Source: Candidatus Electrothrix sp. GW3-4 (GTDB lineage Bacteria; Desulfobacterota; Desulfobulbia; Desulfobulbales; Desulfobulbaceae). From it: a DNA stretch of 64,000 bases. Both the position numbers and the translations under genes were made by a program. Below, in pieces: positions 30,638-40,216 of the stretch. Where the stretch lies: positions 674,751 through 738,750 of the forward strand of contig NZ_CP147990.1 of assembly GCF_037902255.1 (NCBI RefSeq), given 5' to 3'. The notes under the pieces were generated by a model, which was given only the letters and a program-made list of their open reading frames with translations, had not been told where the DNA came from and made no database searches. How positions within the stretch are numbered: position 1 is the first letter of the stretch; each line of letters opens with the position of its first letter.

Positions 30638-30847
30638 ATGCAATCGTCTGGTTTCGTTTCTTGGCCCGGCGCTTGCCTCATCATCTTTGTTTTTGTCATC
30701 GGTATCATCTGTGAAACACTGTCGAACAGGATGGATCCAGAGACGGTTCTTCGCTCTATGATGCGGAATGTGATTCCATTATCCTGTCAATGGGCGGGTC
30801 TCTTTCTTACCATTGATTTTATTATCGAGTGGCTGCTCAGTATATAG
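30638..30847 (+). CDS. Small (69 aa) two-TM membrane protein.
   Basis: ORF track. Hydrophobic. Confidence 0.4.
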   Translation: MQSSGFVSWPGACLIIFVFVIGIICETLSNRMDPETVLRSMMRNVIPLSCQWAGLFLTIDFIIEWLLSI

Positions 30848-31007
30848 GCAAGGGCTGGTCAGGAGACGATTTCCATCTGCAAACATAAGCCGATCTGTTA
30901 TGTTCAGGAGATGAGCAAGAGATCCTGGCCTGCAAGGGATGCGATGTGCTGATGGTTGCAGGCTGCGGTGAAGTACCAGGGGATAATCAGGAAGACAAGG
31001 GGGATGC

Positions 31008-32993
31008 ATGAACGTTCAGGTGCGGGAACAGGGAAACAAATTCTGGAAATTCATCCGGATGATCGCTCGGGTTGCCGGAAATGGCGGCAGGAAAAGGGGG
31101 CGCTTGCAACAGACGATCCTCCTCCTCCTGCCGCTGTTCTATGTCATGATCGGCTTTGTCTCCATCGACAAAGGGCAGGTCGGGATTGTCTTTGCCAAAT
31201 TTGGCAGCAAACCGGCGGTGGCTGAACGCTTTATCGTTGAGGAGGGGGAACAGGGCTATCGGCGGGAGGTGCTTATGCCGGGCATGCATTTCTACTGGCT
31301 TCTGGAGCCGCTTTGGAAATATACGATCAAGGAGGAACCCTTCACCACCATCCAGACCGGCATGATCGGGGTGGTCAATGCCAAGGACGGGTATCCCATG
31401 CGACCCGGTCAGATCCTTGCCGACTCAGACAGCTATGAAGAGGTCACTGAGGACGGGCGCAAGATCAAGAAATTTAAGATGGGCCAGAAAGGTCCACGCC
31501 TGGAGGTTCTCAAACCGGGCAGCTACCCGATCAATACCGCTTATCTGGAGATAAAGCCCTTTCCGTCAGTGCAGATCCCCGAGGGGAGTCTCGGCGTGCT
31601 GACCAGGCTGTACGGTGATGAACCGCCCCAGGGGACCATTCTGGTCTCCAAGGAGAGTGAATTCCGGGGGATCATCCGCGAGGTCTTACAGCCGGGTACC
31701 TATTACATCAATCCCCAGGCCTATAAACACGAGATCGTCGAGGCGGTGAAGATTGACAAGGGCCAGGTTGGGGTAGTCACCAAGCGGGTGGGTAAGGTGC
31801 CGCCGGAGGGAACTATCCTGGTGGATGCCAATGATGCGTTTCAGGGTATCCAGAAGCAGGTTCTGCAGCCAGGTATGTATTACATCAATCCCTATGAAAA
31901 ATCTCTGCGCATAGAAGATGCGGTCTTTGTCCCGGATGGGCATGTGGGGGTGCAGATCGCCAAGACCGGGATCGCCAAACCCGTGGATCAGCTCTTGGCC
32001 AAGGAGGGGGAACGGGGCATCCAGGAGGATACCCTGCCACCGGGCCTCTATTATCTCAATCCCTATGCCACCCAGGTGGTGAACATTGATATCCGCCAGC
32101 AGCGTTATGAGATGACCTATCTGGAAGGCCAGGGCGACACCCAGCAGAACGATGCCATTGTTTTTTACTCGGATGACGGCTTTGAGATTGCCATTGACGT
32201 AACCGTGCTCTTTCAGGTCCTGCCCCATGATGCCCCCTATGTGGTGGCCACCATCGGTCGGGATGTCCAGGATATCAAAGAGAAGATTATCCGTCCCCAG
32301 GCCCGTTCCTATGCCCGAATCCTCGGTTCCCGGTACAAGGGCGAGGATTTTGTCCACGGCGCGACCCGGGAGACCTTTCAGAACGACATCCATAAGGAGC
32401 TGAAGGTCAAGACCCTGGAGAGCAGGGTCCAGATGAATCAGGCCCTGGTCCGCCATTTCGAGGTCCCGGCCCAGTTGCGTCAACCTATCACCGATAAGGT
32501 CATTGCCCTGAAGATGCAGGAAAAGTTCGAGCAGGAGCAGAAGACCCAGCAGGCCAATGCTGATCTGGCCCGGGAAAAGGAAAAGGTCAACTTTGAGTCT
32601 GCCAAGGTGGTGGCCGAGACCAAGAAGGTCAAGGCGATCATCAGTGCTGAGGAAGAACGGGCGGTTGAGGAGATCAACGTGGCCAAGAAGGAGTTCATCG
32701 CCCAGGGTGAGGCCAAGAAGATTCAGATCGGTGCGGATGCGGCCCTCTATGAAAAGGAAAAAGAGGCAACCGGTATCCTGGCCTTAGGTAAGGCCAAGGC
32801 AGAGGCTAAGAAATTGGAACTGGCCGCCTATCAGGGGCAGGGCGGACAGCGTTTTGCCGAGGTGGAAAAGGCCAAGGCGCTGGGCAGCGGTATTGAGAAA
32901 ATCTATTATATTCCCTCTGATATGAGCATCAATGCCATTGCCAAGGACTTTGAAAACGCGATTACGGTGGGACTGCCGGATAATAAGAAGTAA
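31008..32993 (+). CDS. SPFH/band-7 (flotillin-like) protein with N-terminal TM, four ~90-aa internal repeats, SPFH core and a Glu/Ala/Lys-rich coiled-coil tail.
   Basis: Repeats of KGQVGxV…GTILV…GIQxxVLQPGxYYINPY, then NDAIVFYSDDGFEIAIDVTVLFQV (SPFH) and a C-terminal EA-rich coil. Confidence 0.75.
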   Translation: MNVQVREQGNKFWKFIRMIARVAGNGGRKRGRLQQTILLLLPLFYVMIGFVSIDKGQVGIVFAKFGSKPAVAERFIVEEGEQGYRREVLMPGMHFYWLLEPLWKYTIKEEPFTTIQTGMIGVVNAKDGYPMRPGQILADSDSYEEVTEDGRKIKKFKMGQKGPRLEVLKPGSYPINTAYLEIKPFPSVQIPEGSLGVLTRLYGDEPPQGTILVSKESEFRGIIREVLQPGTYYINPQAYKHEIVEAVKIDKGQVGVVTKRVGKVPPEGTILVDANDAFQGIQKQVLQPGMYYINPYEKSLRIEDAVFVPDGHVGVQIAKTGIAKPVDQLLAKEGERGIQEDTLPPGLYYLNPYATQVVNIDIRQQRYEMTYLEGQGDTQQNDAIVFYSDDGFEIAIDVTVLFQVLPHDAPYVVATIGRDVQDIKEKIIRPQARSYARILGSRYKGEDFVHGATRETFQNDIHKELKVKTLESRVQMNQALVRHFEVPAQLRQPITDKVIALKMQEKFEQEQKTQQANADLAREKEKVNFESAKVVAETKKVKAIISAEEERAVEEINVAKKEFIAQGEAKKIQIGADAALYEKEKEATGILALGKAKAEAKKLELAAYQGQGGQRFAEVEKAKALGSGIEKIYYIPSDMSINAIAKDFENAITVGLPDNKK

Positions 32994-33009
32994 ATAAAGA
33001 GGTGAAACC

Positions 33010-34281
33010 ATGCTGAACAACAAGGTGTTCTTCTTTCTTCTTGTCCTGGTATGCAGCTTGTCCTTCGCCTTAGCTGCTGTAGCTGCTGCGCCTGAACCTG
33101 CTCCAGCACCGATGAGCTATAAGCAGGTGACCTTTAATGCGGAGAAGTTATCCCAGGAGGTGGCGCAGGTGACCGGGCTGGCCCTGAATCCCATCCTTTG
33201 CATGTCTGCCTTAGGGGCGTACTCTTATTTCTCCGCGCCAGAACAGGACCGCTCCGCGTTGCCTTGGCATCTCTCACCTGTCTTTTGGGGGCCTTTGGCG
33301 CTTGTGTTAGGGATGATCTTTGTCAAAGACACCTTTGGGGTCGCCTTTCCCAAGCTGTTAAAATCTCCTCTGGATGCCTTTGAAATTCTTGTTGAAAAGA
33401 ATGCCAGCGCGGTCATTGCCCTGCCGGTCCTGGTGACCGCTGTCACCCAGGGTGAGTTTCAGCAATTGCAACAGCTGACCCAGTTGGGCTACGATACCCT
33501 CTTTCCGGTGGCCCTCGCAGCGGGTTCCGCAGAACTGGCTGTGAACTCCGGTCTTGATATGCTTTTCATGACCGTGACGTCTCTCACAGCCAGCATGATT
33601 TTCATCGTGGTCTGGGTGCTCTCCCAGGCCTTTAACGTCCTTATCCTGCTCTGTCCTTTTTCCCTTGGCGATGCCCTGTTGGCTGCGGCAAAGAACGCAC
33701 TTGTGGTGCTTATTATCGGCTTATCCGGGACCTATGCTGGAGCGTTTTTATCCCTCGCTGTCATTGCCTTTGCAGTCTACCTTTTTCCGAAGACCCTCCG
33801 CTTGGTGGTGTTCGGCACGGTTATTGCCCATGATCTGGTCTTCTATAAGTTGTTACGGAGCAGAAACGGCTCCTTGCCAAGAGACGGGATCAGGTGCTTT
33901 GCCAGCTGTTATTTGGGGCGAACCCCTCCCTTGACCTATGGAAGACTTATCCTGTACGACGGTGCGTTGCAGTTCTCTTACCGGTCTTGGCTTTTTTTCG
34001 GGAAACGGATTGTCAAGACAGGGATTGAGCCCTCTTCCTGTGAGGTCATCAGGGGGATCATCTCGCCCATTATCGTCTTGGAAGAAGAGGGGGGTGAGCA
34101 GATACAGCTCTTTCGGATTCGACCAAGGTTTTACAGGGATACCCAGCAAGTGGCGGAGCTGCTCGGGGTGCGCTGGAGCGATGAAGCGGTTGTCTCCAAG
34201 AGGTTCAGCGGTGCGGTGCGATGGTATCTGGGCTTGTTGCGAAAGGCGCCGAGATTGGATGTGCCGGGCGCATTAGCCTAA
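33010..34281 (+). CDS. Polytopic membrane protein of unknown function, with signal peptide and AP-rich linker.
   Basis: ORF track. Multiple hydrophobic segments. Lies 17 nt after the SPFH gene. Confidence 0.55.
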   Translation: MLNNKVFFFLLVLVCSLSFALAAVAAAPEPAPAPMSYKQVTFNAEKLSQEVAQVTGLALNPILCMSALGAYSYFSAPEQDRSALPWHLSPVFWGPLALVLGMIFVKDTFGVAFPKLLKSPLDAFEILVEKNASAVIALPVLVTAVTQGEFQQLQQLTQLGYDTLFPVALAAGSAELAVNSGLDMLFMTVTSLTASMIFIVVWVLSQAFNVLILLCPFSLGDALLAAAKNALVVLIIGLSGTYAGAFLSLAVIAFAVYLFPKTLRLVVFGTVIAHDLVFYKLLRSRNGSLPRDGIRCFASCYLGRTPPLTYGRLILYDGALQFSYRSWLFFGKRIVKTGIEPSSCEVIRGIISPIIVLEEEGGEQIQLFRIRPRFYRDTQQVAELLGVRWSDEAVVSKRFSGAVRWYLGLLRKAPRLDVPGALA

Positions 34282-35394
34282 GACCCGAAAATTGAGCACA
34301 TACTTTTTTTCTCCGTCCGGGATGAGCAAGTTTTGCGCGAGGAGTCTTTTGATATCACGTCGTGCTGTCTGGGTGGTCACACCACGGTAGAGGATGGAAA
34401 ATGGTTTCCGCTCCTGGAGATCCTTCAGGGAAAAGCTGACAGGATGGTCCAGTAAAATATCCATGAGTTCAAACTGGCGTGCGGTGAGTCGCTTGTTTTG
34501 TTTTTCTGATCGGTAAAAATCCTTAAGTGTACATTTGGTTATAAAGGCGAGGATGGTTTCTTTGATACGTTCCAGACTGTCCACAGAGGCTTTGAGGGAA
34601 AATGTGAGAAAAGGGCTCGGATCTTTCTTTAATTTGATGCTTTTTGAAAAGGCGATATAGTATTCGTCAACGTTTCTGTAATAATAATTGGAGAGCTCGC
34701 GGGGAGCGTATTTAATATGGACAGACTGGAGGATAAGCGCTTCCAGCAGTCGGGCTGTCCTGCCGTTACCGTCCCAAAAGGGGTGAATGGTGGCAAAATA
34801 ATAATGAGCAAGTGAGGCCCTGATAAAGGGGTTTGTTTGCAGCACTGCCTCGCTGTTTATCCAGCCTGTGTACTCCCTCATCAGATTTTTGATGTCCTCA
34901 AGGATTTTTGGCGGGGTATATACACCTCCGTGGGCCTTGTCGCCAACATAGACAATTCCGTTTCTGTACTTGCCCGGTCTGTTATTCTCATCCGCTACAT
35001 CGTTGGTTATCATTTTGTGGAGTTTGCAAATAATCTCTTCCGTTACAAGAAAAGGCTCAGAAGAGGGCTCAATGCTTGCGAGGAAGTTGTAGGCTGTGAT
35101 AAGATTCCTGATTTCCTGCTGATCTTTTTTGGTATAGACGGCAACTTCTTCCCCTTGGGCAATTTTTTCCACATCTTCTCTTGTGCAGGGATTACCTTCA
35201 ATGGCCGCTGTTCCGGCAATGGAGCTGTACATAATCTCCGGCTCTAACCGCGAGGCCAGTTCCGGTAAAATAGGTAAGTTGACAATGGTTTCATTGAGTA
35301 CGGTGGCTCTGACCAACAGGCTTTCGACTTGAGTCGCGTCATACTCATGATTGAAATAAAATTTGCCTGATTTGAAGGTGAGAAATTCTTTCAT
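34273..35394 (-). CDS. Fic/DOC family protein (AMPylator-type) with C-terminal wHTH.
   Basis: HPFWDGNGRTARLL Fic motif. 373 aa. Confidence 0.85.
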   Translation of the reverse strand: MKEFLTFKSGKFYFNHEYDATQVESLLVRATVLNETIVNLPILPELASRLEPEIMYSSIAGTAAIEGNPCTREDVEKIAQGEEVAVYTKKDQQEIRNLITAYNFLASIEPSSEPFLVTEEIICKLHKMITNDVADENNRPGKYRNGIVYVGDKAHGGVYTPPKILEDIKNLMREYTGWINSEAVLQTNPFIRASLAHYYFATIHPFWDGNGRTARLLEALILQSVHIKYAPRELSNYYYRNVDEYYIAFSKSIKLKKDPSPFLTFSLKASVDSLERIKETILAFITKCTLKDFYRSEKQNKRLTARQFELMDILLDHPVSFSLKDLQERKPFSILYRGVTTQTARRDIKRLLAQNLLIPDGEKKYVLNFRVLG

Positions 35395-35483
35395 TGTTAA
35401 ATGATGCTTTTTGTAATTATAAATGTAAGCATAATTAAGAGTGAAAATATATTATTATATATTTTTCAGATAAATAAATGTCA

Positions 35484-35498
35484 CTGTATATTATACAG
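35484..35498. promoter_or_regulatory. 15-bp palindrome CTGTATATTATACAG in the AT-rich region upstream of fic (candidate operator).
   Basis: Perfect inverted halves CTGTATA/TATACAG, ~90 bp upstream of the fic start. Confidence 0.3.
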
Positions 35499-35840
35499 GG
35501 TTTCAACGAAGATTCGAGTGAAATAATCAAGCGGAGCTTTTGTGGAGCGATTGTGTTCGTTCTTGAATAAGAATAATACTGAGGGATTGAATGCTGAAGG
35601 TGTGGAGCAGGGGCTCTTCGCCCCGTGGTGGGGTGAGATGGTGACGGATTTTATAGAAACGCCTGCTTTTTGTGAACCTGATGAATCGCCGGAACAGGTT
35701 CTTGAGTATGCAAAAACGTGGTTTCGGATTATGTTCGTAAACGGGTTTCGCTGAATGGCGCGTAGAGAGGAGGATTTCCTCCTGAGTCGGGCAGGTCGTT
35801 GCTCAAGTGCAATGAAAGCGGACAGCTCTTTGCTCGGATT

Positions 35841-35870
35841 GTCTGATTTCGCTTTACGCAATCAAGACCT
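35841..35870 (+). repeat. Repeat GTCTGATTTCGCTTTACGCAATCAAGACCT. It has a near-identical copy at 45819-45849 and degenerate relatives at ~36909-36933 and ~43980-44005.
   Basis: Direct sequence comparison. Contains an internal imperfect inverted repeat GGTCTGAT…ATCAAGACC. Confidence 0.6.
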
Positions 35871-35934
35871 CTGTGACTGAAGGCTGCTTGATCAGGTCGA
35901 TGGAACGGGAACTAAGAAAAGAAAGGAAAATAAA

Positions 35935-36123
35935 ATGGATGGCAATAATCGTTCAGATATTGAGCCAGGTTTAGCAGTGAAGATTGTTCTTAAGAAAGAC
36001 CAAAGATCTGGTCGTCTCACAGAAGGGGTTGTCAAAGATATATTGACCAATTCCTCATTTCATCCGCATGGCATCAAAGTTCGGCTGGAAAGCGGAGACG
36101 TTGGAAGAGTAAAGGAAATATGA
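35935..36123 (+). CDS. YwbE family (DUF2196) small protein.
   Basis: MDGNNRSDIEPGLAVKIVLKKDQRSGRLTEGVVKDILTNSSFHPHGIKVRLESGDVGRV matches the YwbE family pattern. Confidence 0.7.
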   Translation: MDGNNRSDIEPGLAVKIVLKKDQRSGRLTEGVVKDILTNSSFHPHGIKVRLESGDVGRVKEI

Positions 36124-36163
36124 GATTAAATAAATCAAGAACAATTTATTACAGTCATTGTAG

Positions 36164-36799
36164 TTGATAAGCTATGAAGGCATGAACGTAGCTTCAGAAA
36201 TGGGAGAAAGGTATTTGCAGCGTCCAACCAAAGAGCAGATGAGGGACTTACCGTTATTTAGAGGTATCAGCCTTGATAATATTGTTGTTGTGCAAGACGG
36301 AGAAGGTGCGGAACAGGCGATAAAAGAACTTAAAGAGGCTCCATGTCTCGGGTTTGATACGGAAAGTAAGCCATGTTTTCGTAAAGGAGAAGTGAGTAAA
36401 GGTCCGCATCTTATTCAACTTGCCAATGAATCAAAGGCCTTTTTGTTTCCGACAAGGTTTTTGCCCGCAATTACATTATTAGACAAAATATTGAGTGATC
36501 CTCATATAAAGAAAGTTGGTTTTGGTCTTGCTGGTGATGCTAAGATCCTGCAAAGAAAGTTTGGTATCAACTTGTTCAATACACAGGATTTGTCTGTAAA
36601 ATTAAAAAGTCACTTTCGATTAAAACAACGCGTCGGTATCAAGGCAGCTGTCGCAATGGTCTTTCAGCAACGTTTAGCAAAAAGTGCTCAAACCTCAAAC
36701 TGGGCCGCATTTCCGCTTCAGGAGCATCAACTGAAATATGCTGCAAATGATGCCTATGCTTCGTTATGTATTGATTTGGAAATTAATAAGAAATTGTAG
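36164..36799 (+). CDS. 3'-5' exonuclease domain protein (RNase D/DnaQ-like DEDDy).
   Basis: LGFDTESKP (Exo I) and YAANDAYASL (Exo III) motifs. Confidence 0.7.
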   Translation: MISYEGMNVASEMGERYLQRPTKEQMRDLPLFRGISLDNIVVVQDGEGAEQAIKELKEAPCLGFDTESKPCFRKGEVSKGPHLIQLANESKAFLFPTRFLPAITLLDKILSDPHIKKVGFGLAGDAKILQRKFGINLFNTQDLSVKLKSHFRLKQRVGIKAAVAMVFQQRLAKSAQTSNWAAFPLQEHQLKYAANDAYASLCIDLEINKKL

Positions 36800-36946
36800 T
36801 TGCGTAGGTCCGATTGAGCTCCGCGAAATCAGACAGTTCGAGCTGAAATTTTGCAGACACTGAGTGCAAAATTGAGCTGAACTCACTTTAAGACGATCAT
36901 CAATATCCTGTCCGCTTTCGCTGCACTCAAGCCGTGCCCCTACGGC

Positions 36947-39805
36947 ATGTTCCCCCTAAAAAACAACGAGCGCAATATGGTGCCCAATAAAACCCCGGAA
37001 CAGGTCGCCCGCGACAACATCGACGACCTGCTCAAGGCCGCAGGCTGGCAGGTCCAGGATAAAAACAGGATCAATCTGCATGAGGGCAAAGGCCAGGCTG
37101 TCAGGGAATATCAAACCGCAGCTGGTCCAGCTGACTATGTCCTGTTCGTGAACAAAAAGCCTGTCGCGGTTATTGAGGCCAAGCGGGCCAGCAAGGCTGA
37201 GAATATCACCACGGTAGAAGAACAGAGCGCAGGCTACGCCAGTGGCCAACTCAAATGGGTCGGCAAAAACGAGCCCTTGCCCTTCCTCTACCAGAGCACT
37301 GGCATCATTACCCGTTTCACTGATAATCGAGATCCGAAACCGCGTTCCCGCGAGGTCTTCACCTTTCATCGTCCTGAAACCCTCCAGGAATGGGCTGAGC
37401 AGGGAGAGGGCCTCAGAGCCCGTCTGACCCAGATCCCCTTGCTCAATCCCTTCCAACTTCCACCCAAGGAGCTGGATCTGCGCGACTGTCAGGAATCGGC
37501 GATCAGCAACCTTGAGGAATCCTTCAAACTGGATAAACCCAGGGCTCTGATCCAGATGGCCACCGGCGCAGGCAAGACCTATACCGCTATCACGGCCATG
37601 TACCGGATCCTCAAGCATGCCAAAGGCAAGCGCATCCTCTTTCTGGTGGATACCAAGAATCTGGGCGAACAGGCCGAGCAGGAAATGCTCACCTTCACCC
37701 CGCAGGATGACAACCGCAAGTTCACCGAGCTTTACGCAGTACAGCGCCTGAAAAGTGGCAATGTGCCCAAGGATGCCCAGGTCTGTATCAGCACTATTCA
37801 GCGTATGTACTCCATCCTCAGAGGTGAAGAGCTGGATGAGGCCCTGGAGGAACGCAATCCGGCCGAACAGCAGACCAAGCCCAAAGAGCCCATGCCGGTT
37901 GCCTATAATCCCAAGGTGCCGATCGAGTTTTTCGACTTCATCTTTATCGATGAATGCCACCGCTCCATCTACAACCTCTGGCAGCAGGTGCTGGATTATT
38001 TTGACGCCTACCTGATCGGCTTGACCGCCACCCCGGATAATCGTACCTACGGCTTTTTCAAGCAAAATGTGGTCAGTGAGTACACCCATGAAAAGGCCGT
38101 GGCTGATGGGGTTAACGTGGGTAATGAGGTCTATTTCATCGACACCAGGATCTCACAACAGGGCGCACAGCTGCGAGCCAGGCAGCAGGTAGAGCTGCGG
38201 GAAAAGAGGACCCGCAAGGGGCGTTGGCAGGAACAGGACGAAGACGAGGCCTATTCTGCCAAGCAGTTGGACCGGGATATTGTCAATCCAAGCCAGATCA
38301 GAACGGTGATCCGGGCCTTTAAAAACAGCCTGCCGGAGATCTTTCCCGGTCGTGATGAGGTTCCCAAGACCCTGATCTTTGCCAAGACCGACAGCCATGC
38401 CGATGATATTATTCAGACCCTGCGGGATGAATTTGGGGAAGGCAATGCCTTTTGCAAGAAGGTCACCTATAAGGCGGCTCAGGATAGGAAAGACAAAGCG
38501 GGCAAGATCATCCAGCAAGGCGAAGCAGCGAAATCCATCCTTTCCCAGTTCCGCAACGACTATAATCCCCGCATCGCGGTGACCGTGGACATGATCGCCA
38601 CCGGCACTGATGTCAAGCCGCTGGAGTGTCTGCTCTTTATGCGGGATGTTAAGAGCAAAAACTACTTTGAGCAGATGAAAGGCCGGGGAACCCGGACCCT
38701 GGAGCATGACGACCTGCGTAAGGTCACGCCCTCGGCCAGGAGTGCCAAGACCCACTATGTTATTGTCGATGCCATTGGTGTCACCAAGTCCCTCAAGACT
38801 GCCAGTCAGCCGCTCATCACCAAGCCCTCGGTTCCTCTCAAGGATCTGGCAATGGGCGTGATGATGGGCACCAGCGATACGGACACGGTCAGTTCTCTGG
38901 CTGGTCGTCTGGCACGTTTAAATAAGCAACTGGATGCAGAGGATCAGGCCAGAATCGAAAAGGCCGCCGGAGGTGTGGAGCTGCCCCGGATTATCAACGA
39001 CCTGTTTGATGCCATTGACGCGGATCGGGTCGAAGCCAAGGCCCTGGATCTGGCCAGGCAGCCTGCGGGAACAGATCCTGGAGATGAGAAGCGGCAAGAG
39101 GCCCAGGCAGAGCTCGTCAGTGCGGCAGCCGATGTCTTTACCGGCGATTTGATAGAGCTGATTGACTCCATCAGGAGAGAAAAGGAGCAGAAAATCGACC
39201 ACGATAACCTGGATGAAGTGCTCCGGGCTGAGTGGGGCAAGGATTCGGCAGAGAACGCCCAGCACTTGGTTGAGGATTTTGCCGCGTATATTGAGGAGCA
39301 GAAAGATACCCTGGATGCTCTGGAGATCTTTTATGATCAGCCCCAGCGTCGAAGAAAGATCACTTACGACATGATCCAGGAGGTGCTGGATACGCTCAAG
39401 GCGGACAGGCCCGCCCTTGCGCCCCTGCGCATCTGGAATGCCTACAGCCAGCTGGATGATTATCAGGGCAAGCAACCCATAAATGAGTTGACCGCACTGG
39501 TTGCCTTAATCCGCCGAGTCTGTCATATTGATTCGTCTTTATCACCCTATGATGGAACGGTGCGCAGGAATTTTCAGGATTGGGTGATGAAGCACCATGC
39601 TGGTGCTGGTGAGAAGTTCAATGAGGAGCAGATGCAGTGGTTGCAGATGATCCGGGATCATATTATCAGCTCGTTTCATTTTGAGCGGGATGATCTGGAG
39701 ATGGCACCGTTTGATAGTCAGGGAGGGTTGGGGAAGATGTATCAGTTGTTTGGGGATGGGATGGATGGGTTGATTGATGAGATGAATGAGGGGCTTGCCG
39801 CTTGA
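36947..39805 (+). CDS. hsdR: Type I restriction enzyme R subunit (HsdR).
   Basis: N-terminal nuclease domain (VIEAKRAS). Helicase motifs QMATGAGKTYTAI, FIDECHRS, LTATP. Confidence 0.85.
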   Translation: MFPLKNNERNMVPNKTPEQVARDNIDDLLKAAGWQVQDKNRINLHEGKGQAVREYQTAAGPADYVLFVNKKPVAVIEAKRASKAENITTVEEQSAGYASGQLKWVGKNEPLPFLYQSTGIITRFTDNRDPKPRSREVFTFHRPETLQEWAEQGEGLRARLTQIPLLNPFQLPPKELDLRDCQESAISNLEESFKLDKPRALIQMATGAGKTYTAITAMYRILKHAKGKRILFLVDTKNLGEQAEQEMLTFTPQDDNRKFTELYAVQRLKSGNVPKDAQVCISTIQRMYSILRGEELDEALEERNPAEQQTKPKEPMPVAYNPKVPIEFFDFIFIDECHRSIYNLWQQVLDYFDAYLIGLTATPDNRTYGFFKQNVVSEYTHEKAVADGVNVGNEVYFIDTRISQQGAQLRARQQVELREKRTRKGRWQEQDEDEAYSAKQLDRDIVNPSQIRTVIRAFKNSLPEIFPGRDEVPKTLIFAKTDSHADDIIQTLRDEFGEGNAFCKKVTYKAAQDRKDKAGKIIQQGEAAKSILSQFRNDYNPRIAVTVDMIATGTDVKPLECLLFMRDVKSKNYFEQMKGRGTRTLEHDDLRKVTPSARSAKTHYVIVDAIGVTKSLKTASQPLITKPSVPLKDLAMGVMMGTSDTDTVSSLAGRLARLNKQLDAEDQARIEKAAGGVELPRIINDLFDAIDADRVEAKALDLARQPAGTDPGDEKRQEAQAELVSAAADVFTGDLIELIDSIRREKEQKIDHDNLDEVLRAEWGKDSAENAQHLVEDFAAYIEEQKDTLDALEIFYDQPQRRRKITYDMIQEVLDTLKADRPALAPLRIWNAYSQLDDYQGKQPINELTALVALIRRVCHIDSSLSPYDGTVRRNFQDWVMKHHAGAGEKFNEEQMQWLQMIRDHIISSFHFERDDLEMAPFDSQGGLGKMYQLFGDGMDGLIDEMNEGLAA

Positions 39806-39807
39806 TA

Positions 39808-40203
39808 ATGGAAGAAGGTAGAGGGAAGAAGGAAGAATTTGTCGATCTTCGCCAGCGAACCAAAGCGTTTGCCCTTCGAGTTATTCGTTTATACGTCAGC
39901 TTGCCCAAAAGGACAGAAGCGCAAGTCATTGGCAAACAGTTATTGCGTTCAGGGACTTCCGTTGGTGCGAATTATCGGGAAGCTTATCGCGCAAGAAGTA
40001 AGGCGGAATATATTTCTACTGTTGGAATTTCGTTGAGAGAAGTTGAAGAGACCGGGTATTGGTTTGAGCTGCTGGTTGAGGCAGGTATTGTTCCTGAAAA
40101 TAAATTACGTTCTTTGCAGCAGGAGTGCGGGGAGCTAACGGCAATTTTTGTTTCTTCGATTAAAAAGGCGAAAAGAAGTAGCAGCCGGGGTGGAGCTGAA
40201 TGA
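39808..40203 (+). CDS. Four-helix-bundle protein (23S rRNA intervening-sequence protein family), commonly embedded in type I RM loci.
   Basis: Family pattern …ALRVIRLYVSLPKRTEAQVIGKQLLRSGTSVGANYREA…. Confidence 0.7.
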   Translation: MEEGRGKKEEFVDLRQRTKAFALRVIRLYVSLPKRTEAQVIGKQLLRSGTSVGANYREAYRARSKAEYISTVGISLREVEETGYWFELLVEAGIVPENKLRSLQQECGELTAIFVSSIKKAKRSSSRGGAE

Positions 40204-40216
40204 AGAAGGTAGAAGG

